IMG/VR virus record: IMGVR_UViG_3300020280_000006
Coordinates: 1-42,935 of that record
DNA from: a virus
Lineage: Duplodnaviria; Caudoviricetes
DNA length: 42,935 bases
Strand: one strand, 5' to 3'
Shown here: piece after piece, positions 9,430-19,521 of the stretch
How the letters are laid out: the number at the start of each line of letters is the position of its first letter
How positions within the stretch are numbered: position 1 is the stretch's first letter
Program-made: the position numbers and the translations under genes
The notes under the pieces: model-generated
Told to the model about the DNA's origin: nothing
The model's database searches: none
What the model saw: only the letters and a program-made list of their open reading frames with translations

Positions 9430-11672
9430 TATTCATCTCCAGTTACTAAGTTATTATACATGTTTATATCATACCCTGCCATATCCATTATACCAGGCCC
9501 AAATCTATCTTTAATTTGATTTAGTTTATTCCATGTATCTACATGACTATTAGCATTATATACATTTAAATCAGGATTATTTACTTGTGCAAAATAACTA
9601 GGTTGTTCTAATTGTCCTGTTTGTTCTATTTCATTTTTCCACCAACCAAAAAAACCATCTTGTGTATTTTGTTTAAATTCTCTTTGACCTGTAATTATGT
9701 CCCAATAATCTTGTTCATCTGCTTCAAGTTCAAATCTTTCTGGTAGCATAGTTCCTACAAATTTTTGTATTGCCCAATTATGTGGAGTATTTCCTGTCAT
9801 TCTAGAAGGCAACATAGTATCTAAGTTATACCATAAAGATGTTAACTTAGAACCTTGCCACCCAGCACTTTGCCAATATCTAGATTGATGTGCTAAATGT
9901 TTATTTAAATCTTCATAAGGTACTACATCAATACGTTCTTTTACAAACTCTGGTAATAAACCATATTCATCTAATACACTATTTAAAGCATCTGCAGCAT
10001 TATCAACAATTCCAAGCATAGCTGCAGTTCCTTGCCATATAGCTTGATTTTTTAATTCATATTTCCAATTACTAGCAACACCACCTAATCTTGATAATTT
10101 AGTACCATCTTTAATAGCACCTGTTTTTGTACCTATTTTTACAGCTGTTTCTATTCCTTCACCTACTGGGTCTAAAACTGAAATCATACCTTTAAATAAA
10201 AATTTACTAAATTTACCAGTCCATTTAACAGGATTCCAACCACTTAAAGAATTATATTTTTCAAATGCATCATATCCAAATGCTTTAACAATACCTAATA
10301 AAACACTTTCACCATTTAATCCAGATGTTTTAATTACATCATGATTGTTGTAATAATCTAAAAATTTTTGTTCTTGTGCATTAAATTTATCTAATACTTT
10401 TTCTTTAAACTCACCATGTACATTAGGGTCATATTCTTCTATTTTTTCTGGAAATACATTAGGGTCATTTAACTTAGCTGCACCAAGAGAACCACCAGGT
10501 TTCCAATCACTATCAATAATACGCATTATTGTTTCGTCTTGTCTAACATTACCTTTTTTACCAAATGTATCTATAAATGTATATCCTTCTTTTCTTTTAG
10601 CAACAGCTTGTGCATATATATCAGGATTTTGATTAAACCATTGTTTCCATAAATCATCATAAGCATTATAAGAATCTTGCATATTTCCTGGTTTAATTAA
10701 TCCTGAACCATCAGGTTTACCTGATTTACCAGCAGTTCCAGGTGTTCTTTTATTTTTTACAGTATTTTGCCAAACATCTTCAATACTTCTACCAGCATAT
10801 TCACCTTCACTAAATACAGCAGTTTTAGCAGATAACTGCTTACCTAATGGGTCTGTAGATTTACTATCTGTTTGTAATGATTTAAGTTCTTTAGTTTTAA
10901 TATCAAACTTTTGACTTAATATAACATTGTCAGGTACTTCACTAAACATAGATGCTATTTCACTAGGGTTTTTTTCTGCTAATCCTGTACCTAAAGCAGT
11001 AACAACAAACTTTTTATCTGGATTATTTTTAACAAACTCTAAAAAATTATTAATATATTTTTGTATTTGTTTATTATCTAATACATTTAATTGACCATCT
11101 TTAGTAGGTATAGCAAAAGATTGTCCTTGTAATCCAAATCCTTTACCAGTTTCTGCACCAAAATAATTAACTGCATCTAAAGCAGCACCTTTACCATGCC
11201 TTCCAGCTTCATTACTTCCAAATACAAATATATGATTATCAGGTAAAGAGGTTATTCTACCATCAGCAAACTCTGCATAATCTTCTGCATACTTTGCAAT
11301 ATAATCTTTTCCTACTACACCTTTTCTACCAAGTTCTGGGTCATAATCAGGATTTAATTTTTCATCACCAAAAATATTTTCTAATTCATCTGATTCAACT
11401 TTATTTAAATCAGGTTGATTTGGAATATTTTCTACAATCATATCGTCAGGTATATTGTCAGGTATTCCTTGATTAGCACGATAAAGTAACGAACTAATTA
11501 AATCATCACTTAATCTAGTTAACATGTCTGGGTCTTCAGTAAGTTCAGCTATATCTACATACTGCAGCTTCATTCTATTTATTTCTGCTTCAGGTAAATT
11601 AAGTTCTTTTCCTAATCTATCTAGTTCAGCATAAAGTTTTTTTTGTATAGATTCTTTATCCATATTAACCAA
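9429..11672 (-). CDS. Putative internal virion protein with macrodomain-like (A1S_2505-type) and NADAR-like modules
   Basis: IFVFGSNEAGRHGKGAA...QSFAIPTK...FVVTALGTGLA, followed by LSAKTA...GRSIEDVWQ...YDDLWKQWFNQNP...FIDTFG...RQDETIMRII. Confidence 0.65.
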   Translation of the reverse strand: MVNMDKESIQKKLYAELDRLGKELNLPEAEINRMKLQYVDIAELTEDPDMLTRLSDDLISSLLYRANQGIPDNIPDDMIVENIPNQPDLNKVESDELENIFGDEKLNPDYDPELGRKGVVGKDYIAKYAEDYAEFADGRITSLPDNHIFVFGSNEAGRHGKGAALDAVNYFGAETGKGFGLQGQSFAIPTKDGQLNVLDNKQIQKYINNFLEFVKNNPDKKFVVTALGTGLAEKNPSEIASMFSEVPDNVILSQKFDIKTKELKSLQTDSKSTDPLGKQLSAKTAVFSEGEYAGRSIEDVWQNTVKNKRTPGTAGKSGKPDGSGLIKPGNMQDSYNAYDDLWKQWFNQNPDIYAQAVAKRKEGYTFIDTFGKKGNVRQDETIMRIIDSDWKPGGSLGAAKLNDPNVFPEKIEEYDPNVHGEFKEKVLDKFNAQEQKFLDYYNNHDVIKTSGLNGESVLLGIVKAFGYDAFEKYNSLSGWNPVKWTGKFSKFLFKGMISVLDPVGEGIETAVKIGTKTGAIKDGTKLSRLGGVASNWKYELKNQAIWQGTAAMLGIVDNAADALNSVLDEYGLLPEFVKERIDVVPYEDLNKHLAHQSRYWQSAGWQGSKLTSLWYNLDTMLPSRMTGNTPHNWAIQKFVGTMLPERFELEADEQDYWDIITGQREFKQNTQDGFFGWWKNEIEQTGQLEQPSYFAQVNNPDLNVYNANSHVDTWNKLNQIKDRFGPGIMDMAGYDINMYNNLVTGDE

Positions 11673-12981
11673 ACATAGATTTCAACATAGCTTCATCCAT
11701 TTTCATTTTTTCATTAGCATATGTTGCTGTACTTATATCATCTCTATACCTAGCATTAAAAGTTTCTTGTGCAGTTTGTTCAGCTGTGTTTACAAAATTT
11801 TTTAATTCAACATCACTTGGGTCAACTTCCCAGGCTTGATTAGGTGCTTTAATCATATTCATATTATCAATAAAAGCATACATTTCATTCATGTTATTAA
11901 ACTCTTCTATATAATTTTTAGCTAATATAGTAACTTGTTCTTTTAATTCTTGTTTAGTAGGCATTCTGTTCATTGATAAATAAAAAGCATTTTCAACCAT
12001 TTGTTCCATGCCAAGTTCTCCTGGTACATTTTCCATGTATTTTTGAAATCTATCTGCTGTTCTAGCTCTATTAGCAGTAGAAACAACATTGTCATGGTTA
12101 TCTCCATAATCACCTAAAAAATAAGCAAACATCTTTTGATGTTTTAAATTTTCTCCTTGTAAAAACATAGTGTTTTTAAATGGATTATTAGGGTCTGTTT
12201 CTAAATCGTAAGACATAACATTTGCATAATCTGAAGTACCTGGTTCTACGTATTTGTTTACATCTATCCATGCCATATATTGTGCAAGTTGACTACGTAA
12301 CAATCCACTAGGTACACCTCTAGTATCATCAAAAGCACCTTGTTCTACTAAACCATTAGCTTCTAACCAATCTTGAAACATTACTACTGTATCAGTATTT
12401 TGAAATATTAATTCATATACACCAGCAGAATCACCAAAATGTCCACCAAATTTCCTTGTTAATATTTCACCTGTGTTATCATCTCTTCTTACTTCGTCTA
12501 TTTTATCTGGAAAATAAACAGGAACTTCTCTTAATTGACCACCTAATCCAGCAATGTAATCGTTAATTGCTTGTTCTTTTTGAGCTTCTGTTAAATTATT
12601 ATCTGCCATAATTGCATCAATAACATTTTGTATTGCATCACCGGCATAAGATGAATCTTGATTTTTATTTTGTGTAAGAACTACATTTTCTAATGTAGTA
12701 GTTACTTCTTGTTTAATGCGTTGAACATAATCATCATCACCAGCTTCTACACTGTTGTAAATATTTCTTATAGCATCTAAAGATTCTTTAGGAAAATTAG
12801 AATTTATACTACCTATAGGAGGGTCATTTGGATTTGCACCACGCATTTGAGAGTGTTGTTCCCATATTTCATTAGGTTTTAAAGCATTAAAATCATTAGA
12901 GTTTAAACCAAATAAAGGTAAATATTGTGGATTATTTAATAAATCCAGAATCATTTGTTGTATTTCTTTTTTACTTGTCAT
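11665..12981 (-). CDS. Putative internal virion/ejection protein
   Basis: 438 aa, helical, Asn/Gln-rich; same coupled block. Confidence 0.45.
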   Translation of the reverse strand: MTSKKEIQQMILDLLNNPQYLPLFGLNSNDFNALKPNEIWEQHSQMRGANPNDPPIGSINSNFPKESLDAIRNIYNSVEAGDDDYVQRIKQEVTTTLENVVLTQNKNQDSSYAGDAIQNVIDAIMADNNLTEAQKEQAINDYIAGLGGQLREVPVYFPDKIDEVRRDDNTGEILTRKFGGHFGDSAGVYELIFQNTDTVVMFQDWLEANGLVEQGAFDDTRGVPSGLLRSQLAQYMAWIDVNKYVEPGTSDYANVMSYDLETDPNNPFKNTMFLQGENLKHQKMFAYFLGDYGDNHDNVVSTANRARTADRFQKYMENVPGELGMEQMVENAFYLSMNRMPTKQELKEQVTILAKNYIEEFNNMNEMYAFIDNMNMIKAPNQAWEVDPSDVELKNFVNTAEQTAQETFNARYRDDISTATYANEKMKMDEAMLKSMFG

Positions 12982-15900
12982 TAACCACTTTCCCTTATAA
13001 TATTTATTTCATCATCATTTAAATCTAAAAATTGCCATGAGCTTCTATCAGGATTTAACATTCTTAATACTACATTGTAATACAAATTAAATCCACGTGG
13101 ATATTTAGCTAATAATTCTTTATTATCTTTATCAAAATACATTCTAAATTCTTGAGCTTTTGGGTCATCAGATTGTTTCCACCAATCAAAACTTACTTCT
13201 TGTCCTTGTCGGGCTAACCATGCAGCTGATTCTGCGTCATACTCTTGCATTATTGGGTACATTTCCAAAAAGTATTTACCTTCTTCAGTTGTTTTTGTTA
13301 ATTCTAAATCAGGCCATATTGTTGTTATTTCATTCCATATATCAGTTATTTGTGGTAATGTAATAAACCCATACTCATCTCTTTGAAAACCTGATAAATC
13401 AGCAGTTAAACTATTTCTAACAATTGCAAACAAATCATCTTGTTTACTACCAGGTATTGTTAAATTATCTTTTTGTAACACATTATTTAAAGTTTCAACA
13501 TCTTCTTTAAATGATTGATACTGATAAAAACCTTTAGTTTTATTTATATATCTTCTGTATTCATCTGGTGTTAAATCATATCTTTCATTGTTAATTGCTT
13601 GCCATGTCATCTTTGCTTCAGGATTGTCACCATATAAAAATGGAAATGACAATGGTAATAATTCTTTTTCTCTAGAATTACTATTCCAAAAATCTACAGC
13701 ATCAAAAGTTTTAACACCTTTACCAGCTACTTTAATATCTGTAGGACTAAATAAATACATATGGTCTAATCCAAATTTAGAATGAAAATCTTGTGAGGTT
13801 TGTATTGTATCGTAATTATTTAATTCTAATATTCTTTCGTATTCTTCATACAATACAGCCATATGATAATGTATACCATTTTTAGCTTTAATAAAATATT
13901 CCGGTTTATAATTACTAGAAGGTCCTATAAAGCTTCTAATAAATCTCATAAACATATCTACTTGCGCTCTATCTCTTGCATAATCTAACATTGCATCTTC
14001 TATTTGTTCAATTGTAACGTCATCTCCTTCTTCCCAACCAGGTATGTTATATTTAAAATATTTATCTAATCTTCCAGCCTTCCAAACATTAACCCACTCT
14101 AAAGAAACCATTGCATGTCTCCAATAATCTATAGTTGCATCTGCACGCATTTGTTCAAGTTCACCTAAAGCTTCTCCAGGTTCTCTTACAATTTCTTCTG
14201 AAAATTCAAATACCCCTACTTTATCTCCCCATTCACGGCTAAGGTCTACATCTATACCTTGTAAAAATGCCCATAGTTTTTTATAAGTGGGTGCTATAGT
14301 TGCTAAGTTTTTAACTGATATTTCTTCAGGCATAGGAAATTGTGTTATCCAATCTTTAAATTCACCTAACACACCACGTGAAGGTAGCACTCTGTTTAAA
14401 GAAAAAGAAACTATAGAGTTAGTACCAGGTACTTGTGATTGTGCAAGTAAGTTAATACTGCTTAATGTTGATTTATATTGTACTTTCATATTTGCTTCAT
14501 CATCATCACCTTCAACTAATACAGGTCCCATCCATGCTTCAAATGGTGTCATAAACACATCATCACTAGGATTCATAGGATGTGGAGAAAACCAACCAGT
14601 ATTAGTATCAGTTACATCATTTGTACCTTGTAAAGCTCTTCTACCTTTTTGTATTCCAACAACAGGGTATGGATTATTAGCTAATAACTTACCCCAAGTT
14701 TTAAATACTTCAAACCATATCTCTGGAAATGGAAATATGTTTCTTGTTACTTCAGATATCTTATGTTGTGTAGTTGTATCGTATAATAAATCTTTTAAGT
14801 TTTCTAATGCATAAGCTCTATTCATTGGTTCTATTTCAGAAAAGTTATTCCAATTACCAGTACCTAATCGTGCTTTAGTTATTAAATCATCTACAACTTG
14901 TTTAGGAACACCGTATGCTTTTGCATTTTTAATATATTTTTTCTGTAATGATTTATCCATTTGATTAATATGGTCCATTACCCATAACCAATAAAACTGT
15001 TTAAATACAGGCGCTCTGTTTAAATATCCAATTGGTCTACGCATTAATACTTCAAACAAACCATCTATAATATCTTCATATTTCTCTGTCTTTTTAACTT
15101 CATCTAACTCATCAGTTACACGTATCATTCCACCATTTAAACCTAAACCACCATCAGCTGTAGGTCTAAATATTTCTTTAGCAGCATCAATAGCTTTAGC
15201 TTTTTGTTTGTTAGTCATAGCTTTGATATAACTTCTTTTTTCCCAGTTTTTAATATCTAAAGCTTTTTTATCTTTAAGTTTAGTTCTTCCAGTTATACCT
15301 TTATAACCATCAATACCACTCATAAAATCTACAGTTTTATTAGTTATTTTTCCATTTTGAACTACAGGTATTTTTCCTTCAGCAATAATGTTTCTAAGTA
15401 TTGTAGAACCTTTATTACCATCTACAACTTTATCTAGTGTCATTTGAAACTTAACATCACTTCCAACTTGTTTCATAAAGTGAATGCCTTCAACAATATT
15501 GTCACCAGTAATTTCTCTAATGTATGCTTCTTGTTGTTGTATAAGTTGGTCTAATGCCCAAGGGTCTGTTAATATATCGTAGTTTCCTGAGTAATCAGCA
15601 TACTCTTCTAACCAAAATCTTCCTTCAGCAGACTCTAACCATTTGTTTAATTCAGGACTACCCCAACCATGTTTAGCTACTTGTCTTCCAATAGGGTCTG
15701 TTCTTACTTGTACATAGTCCCATAGTTTACTTTGAGCATACTCACCTGTAGATACATTAGCTTTTAGTTCCATACGGTATTCAACATTTAATGGATTCCA
15801 ACCAGCTTTTTTACCTAAGAAACCAGTAAGTCCTATTGTTTGTTGTGTACCTTCTAATAACTCTTGTGACATTAAAACAGACTGTATATCAGGTATATTA

Positions 15901-18900
15901 TCTATTTCATCTTGTGTAAATCCCATATCTAACAATTTTTTATTAGACATTTTTTTACCAGTAGATAACCATTTAGTATAAATCATTGGATTTGTATAAA
16001 AGTTGTCTAAGCCTTTAACTAACAAACGTGCTTGTTCTTCCATAAACACACGTGTTAAAAATGCAACACGTAACAATACCAAAGGTTTAAATATTTTTCT
16101 TGTATAAAAATCCATAGCTCTGTTTACAACATCAGTGTCAGTTGCAGATTTTCTAGGTATAAATCCATTTGGAAACACATAACCTTCTTTACCAAAACTT
16201 TTCATAAATTTTAGAAAACCTTTTGCATCTTGTGCTAACACTGTGCCTGGTGTCCAACCACTTGCTTCAGGAATAACATTCCAAACACCACTTACAGTTC
16301 TTTGTATATATTGCCAAGGTATTAAAGGAACAACACTGTCTGTCATTTGTGTTAAAAACAAAGCATTCATAGTACCTACGTTTTTAAACTTACCTACATC
16401 TCTAGAATTATCTGCAAGTACAACTTCATGTACTTCAAAATTAGAGTTAAAACCAGGTATGTTTTTTGTTTTAGCGTTAGCATAGATTTTAGAACGTTCC
16501 AACCTACTATTAATGTGTTTTAAATATTTACGTAATGGTGCTACTTTTTCAGGTCCTACTTCTGGTCCTAATATTTTTTCTACTCTATCTATTTCCCATT
16601 CTCTAAATTTTTTACCATATGCATATATAGAAGGTTTATTTTGATAATCAAGGTTTATAAATTTTAATAACCATTCAGATGCTTCTTTTTCATTATAATT
16701 ATTTGCTTCCATGTGTTTTAAAAGATTTTGATATGCACGTTTTTTATTAGTAATAACTAATCCAGAATCAGGAGTAATACTTAACAACCCTTGTAAGAAT
16801 GGTTCATTATAAGTTTTGTATGCTCCACCAAATCCTAAATACTTTTGTATTTCGTATTCATTTGTTCCATTAAAGTTTTCTTTAACTTTATTTAAAGCAG
16901 CTTTAATTTTTCCAACTTCTTCTGCTTTATCAAAGTTAAGAGATTCTACTGTAGGTGTAATTACTTTTACATTTTTTGCAGTTCTAAAAGGTGATAAATC
17001 TTGACCAGTTTTTACTATACCTCTAGCACCTTGACCAATGTAACTACCTAGATTTCTATAAGCAGCATCTTGATTACCAAATCTTTTCATAGGTTTAGAT
17101 AACTGTCGTTTAACAAAATTGCTAGATGTTCTAAATGCATCAGCATCATTAGCTGCGTTTATTAATAAGTTATTTATAAATCCAGATTGACCTACTTCAC
17201 CTATAGCAGTATCTGATAATTGTTCAATAACTTCTTTTCTAGGTTGTTGTTGAGTCTTTTTTAATCCTGCTTTAGAATTAGCAACTTTTTTACCTGTACT
17301 TGCATAAGTTTTAAAGAAATTTTTAACATCATCTGCTTTATTTAAACCAAGCATTTCACCTAACAAATCAGGATGAATGTGTCTAAACAAAGGCATTCTA
17401 GACATTGCATATAAATTTTGTGGTCCAGATTCTGCTACAAGTTTAAAAATATTATTCCATACAGGCATATCAAAAATTACATCAGTTGAAGGAGCAAAAT
17501 ATTTACTTACTCTACCAAAAACTAATAATTGATTTCTCATTTGTTTAGCTTTTTTGTTTGTAGCTCTTACTGCTTTAGCTTCTGATAAATAACCACTTTG
17601 TCCCAAGCTAAATAATCTTCTGAACCTACTAAAGTTCTGTGTACCTTCTTTACCAAGTTCTTCTAGTTTTCCTAAATCATCGTAAACACTTTCAATAATC
17701 TTAGGTGTGTTAACTTTAATTTTTTTACCTTCTCGTAATAAAATTCCATTATCTAAAAATTCACTAGCTCTATTAACTTGTTTCCAACGTTTACCTACAT
17801 TAGCAGTTTTTAACCATTTAGAATAAAATAATGGGTCTGCTAACTGGTGTGCTACATCAATAGAACCTGATAGTAAATTAAAAGATAATGAACCTGGTTT
17901 ATAAAATTCTGATGCGTGTACTCTACCTGGAGAATACTCCAACAATGTATTATCTGCTGCCCAAGCAGGGTGATTGTTATCAGGATTAAGAGAATATTTT
18001 CTATTAAATGTATATCTACCAGCATAAAAATTAATTTTATTTGGTCTTGCTAACGAAGTATAAAATATATCTCCATCTTCATCTCTACGTTTTAATGGCT
18101 CACCAATAGCAGCAACTGTTTTTTTATAAGATTCATCATTAGAATAACCTGCTTGTTTATAATATCTATATAATTCAGTTTCTTCTGGTATAACAGGTTG
18201 AAAACCTATAATAGTATTTCTATCAAAGTTAATTGGTTTATCATATTTACTAGGCAAAAAACCATTACTCCAAACTTCATTCCATAAAGCACCTAAATTA
18301 GTTTGACCAGACATTTTAAAAGCTTCGTTTAATGCGCTTCCTTTACCTGATGCTAATACTTCACTATCACTTATATCAATCATTAATCTGTCTTGTGCTT
18401 CAGATATAGACATACCTTGCTCCATATAATCCTGAGCTTGTTTAATTGCACCATAGTATTCAATAGCTCTACCTTGTGTAAAAGGTTTACCAGGCAATAA
18501 AGCATTTAAAGCTATACCAGGTACGTTTATTTTTCCTGATGGTCCAAATGTTTGCATTAACCATTCCATACCTAATACACCCCAAACACCATATTGTATA
18601 TCTCCCGGTGCAGCACCTCCTGGAAATAATCCAAATGTTAAAAAATCAGATACATTCATTTGCATATTTCTTTCTAAATCAGCAGGAGCATATCTATCGT
18701 ATATTTCTTTGTGTATAGCTTGTTCTTTTAATAAACGTTCTTTAGCTAATTCATCTTCTATATCAAACAAATCCCTACTACCAGCTGGTATTGAGGCACC
18801 CCAAGCTGAATAAGCTACATTTAAAGGTAAATTAGGATGTGTTTCTAGTACACGTTCAAAATCATATACAGCAGAAGGATTAGCTTTAAATGCTTCTACT

Positions 18901-18977
18901 TCTCTATTAAACTGTCTTAGCTCTTGTTGTTTGTTAAGTAAGTAATCTCTATTACTTAACCAGTTTGGATTTATCAA
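12981..18977 (-). CDS. Very large internal virion (DNA ejection) protein, 1998 aa
   Basis: Size, helical composition and position after the portal are typical of podoviral ejectosome proteins; no convincing catalytic motif seen. Confidence 0.6.
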   Translation of the reverse strand: MINPNWLSNRDYLLNKQQELRQFNREVEAFKANPSAVYDFERVLETHPNLPLNVAYSAWGASIPAGSRDLFDIEDELAKERLLKEQAIHKEIYDRYAPADLERNMQMNVSDFLTFGLFPGGAAPGDIQYGVWGVLGMEWLMQTFGPSGKINVPGIALNALLPGKPFTQGRAIEYYGAIKQAQDYMEQGMSISEAQDRLMIDISDSEVLASGKGSALNEAFKMSGQTNLGALWNEVWSNGFLPSKYDKPINFDRNTIIGFQPVIPEETELYRYYKQAGYSNDESYKKTVAAIGEPLKRRDEDGDIFYTSLARPNKINFYAGRYTFNRKYSLNPDNNHPAWAADNTLLEYSPGRVHASEFYKPGSLSFNLLSGSIDVAHQLADPLFYSKWLKTANVGKRWKQVNRASEFLDNGILLREGKKIKVNTPKIIESVYDDLGKLEELGKEGTQNFSRFRRLFSLGQSGYLSEAKAVRATNKKAKQMRNQLLVFGRVSKYFAPSTDVIFDMPVWNNIFKLVAESGPQNLYAMSRMPLFRHIHPDLLGEMLGLNKADDVKNFFKTYASTGKKVANSKAGLKKTQQQPRKEVIEQLSDTAIGEVGQSGFINNLLINAANDADAFRTSSNFVKRQLSKPMKRFGNQDAAYRNLGSYIGQGARGIVKTGQDLSPFRTAKNVKVITPTVESLNFDKAEEVGKIKAALNKVKENFNGTNEYEIQKYLGFGGAYKTYNEPFLQGLLSITPDSGLVITNKKRAYQNLLKHMEANNYNEKEASEWLLKFINLDYQNKPSIYAYGKKFREWEIDRVEKILGPEVGPEKVAPLRKYLKHINSRLERSKIYANAKTKNIPGFNSNFEVHEVVLADNSRDVGKFKNVGTMNALFLTQMTDSVVPLIPWQYIQRTVSGVWNVIPEASGWTPGTVLAQDAKGFLKFMKSFGKEGYVFPNGFIPRKSATDTDVVNRAMDFYTRKIFKPLVLLRVAFLTRVFMEEQARLLVKGLDNFYTNPMIYTKWLSTGKKMSNKKLLDMGFTQDEIDNIPDIQSVLMSQELLEGTQQTIGLTGFLGKKAGWNPLNVEYRMELKANVSTGEYAQSKLWDYVQVRTDPIGRQVAKHGWGSPELNKWLESAEGRFWLEEYADYSGNYDILTDPWALDQLIQQQEAYIREITGDNIVEGIHFMKQVGSDVKFQMTLDKVVDGNKGSTILRNIIAEGKIPVVQNGKITNKTVDFMSGIDGYKGITGRTKLKDKKALDIKNWEKRSYIKAMTNKQKAKAIDAAKEIFRPTADGGLGLNGGMIRVTDELDEVKKTEKYEDIIDGLFEVLMRRPIGYLNRAPVFKQFYWLWVMDHINQMDKSLQKKYIKNAKAYGVPKQVVDDLITKARLGTGNWNNFSEIEPMNRAYALENLKDLLYDTTTQHKISEVTRNIFPFPEIWFEVFKTWGKLLANNPYPVVGIQKGRRALQGTNDVTDTNTGWFSPHPMNPSDDVFMTPFEAWMGPVLVEGDDDEANMKVQYKSTLSSINLLAQSQVPGTNSIVSFSLNRVLPSRGVLGEFKDWITQFPMPEEISVKNLATIAPTYKKLWAFLQGIDVDLSREWGDKVGVFEFSEEIVREPGEALGELEQMRADATIDYWRHAMVSLEWVNVWKAGRLDKYFKYNIPGWEEGDDVTIEQIEDAMLDYARDRAQVDMFMRFIRSFIGPSSNYKPEYFIKAKNGIHYHMAVLYEEYERILELNNYDTIQTSQDFHSKFGLDHMYLFSPTDIKVAGKGVKTFDAVDFWNSNSREKELLPLSFPFLYGDNPEAKMTWQAINNERYDLTPDEYRRYINKTKGFYQYQSFKEDVETLNNVLQKDNLTIPGSKQDDLFAIVRNSLTADLSGFQRDEYGFITLPQITDIWNEITTIWPDLELTKTTEEGKYFLEMYPIMQEYDAESAAWLARQGQEVSFDWWKQSDDPKAQEFRMYFDKDNKELLAKYPRGFNLYYNVVLRMLNPDRSSWQFLDLNDDEINIIRESG

Positions 18978-18979
18978 TG

Positions 18980-19378
18980 TTAACCCTGTCGTCTATTAAG
19001 TAAATCTAATATTATTGGTGATTTACTAACTTCATACATTGCAGCTAGTGTAATATCTATACTTTTAGTATTTGCTTGCGGTGTCATCCCAGGACCTAAA
19101 GGTGCGCCTGATGTAGGTACTTCATTAGGTCTTTCAGATGGAGAAAAAACATTTGGTCTATTAGGTTGCTGTTGTTGTGGTCTAGGAGCTACATTAGTTT
19201 GTGCTGGTAAAGGTGCAGCCTTTTGTTGATTTAATAAATCTTGTTGTTGACCATAAGGTAAACCAGGCATATCTCTTAAAGGTTGTTTCTTACTTGCTGG
19301 ACCACCATCTGTTCTGTTACCACCTACAGGTGCAGGTTTTGCAGGTTGTCTATATCCACCACGTCTATTCTTTACCAT
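18980..19378 (-). CDS. Pro/Gln-rich hypothetical protein downstream of portal
   Basis: RGGYRQPAKPAPV...RTDGGP...GLPYG; AGGAG RBS. Confidence 0.7.
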   Translation of the reverse strand: MVKNRRGGYRQPAKPAPVGGNRTDGGPASKKQPLRDMPGLPYGQQQDLLNQQKAAPLPAQTNVAPRPQQQQPNRPNVFSPSERPNEVPTSGAPLGPGMTPQANTKSIDITLAAMYEVSKSPIILDLLNRRQG

Positions 19379-19520
19379 AGAACTCCTGTGTTATTAATAT
19401 TATTATACCAGGTGTTGGTTGTATAATATGATTAACTTGTTCAGATAAAATGTCTAATTCGTCTATTACACCAAATTCATTATATATTATTTCATTAAAA
19501 GCATCATCTATGTAATCCAC
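19365..19520 (-). CDS. Small acidic hypothetical protein, 51 aa
   Basis: GTG just after GGAGGA-TAA of the portal gene; fills the gap and overlaps the next start. Confidence 0.5.
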   Translation of the reverse strand: MDYIDDAFNEIIYNEFGVIDELDILSEQVNHIIQPTPGIIILITQEFYGKE

Positions 19521-19521
19521 A

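Noticed and set aside
18060-18095. DEDGD in the 1998-aa protein as a two-barrel RNA polymerase DxDGD motif
   Set aside because: The context RRDEDGD lacks the usual preceding small residues and I saw no other polymerase motifs; a structure search would be needed to revive it.
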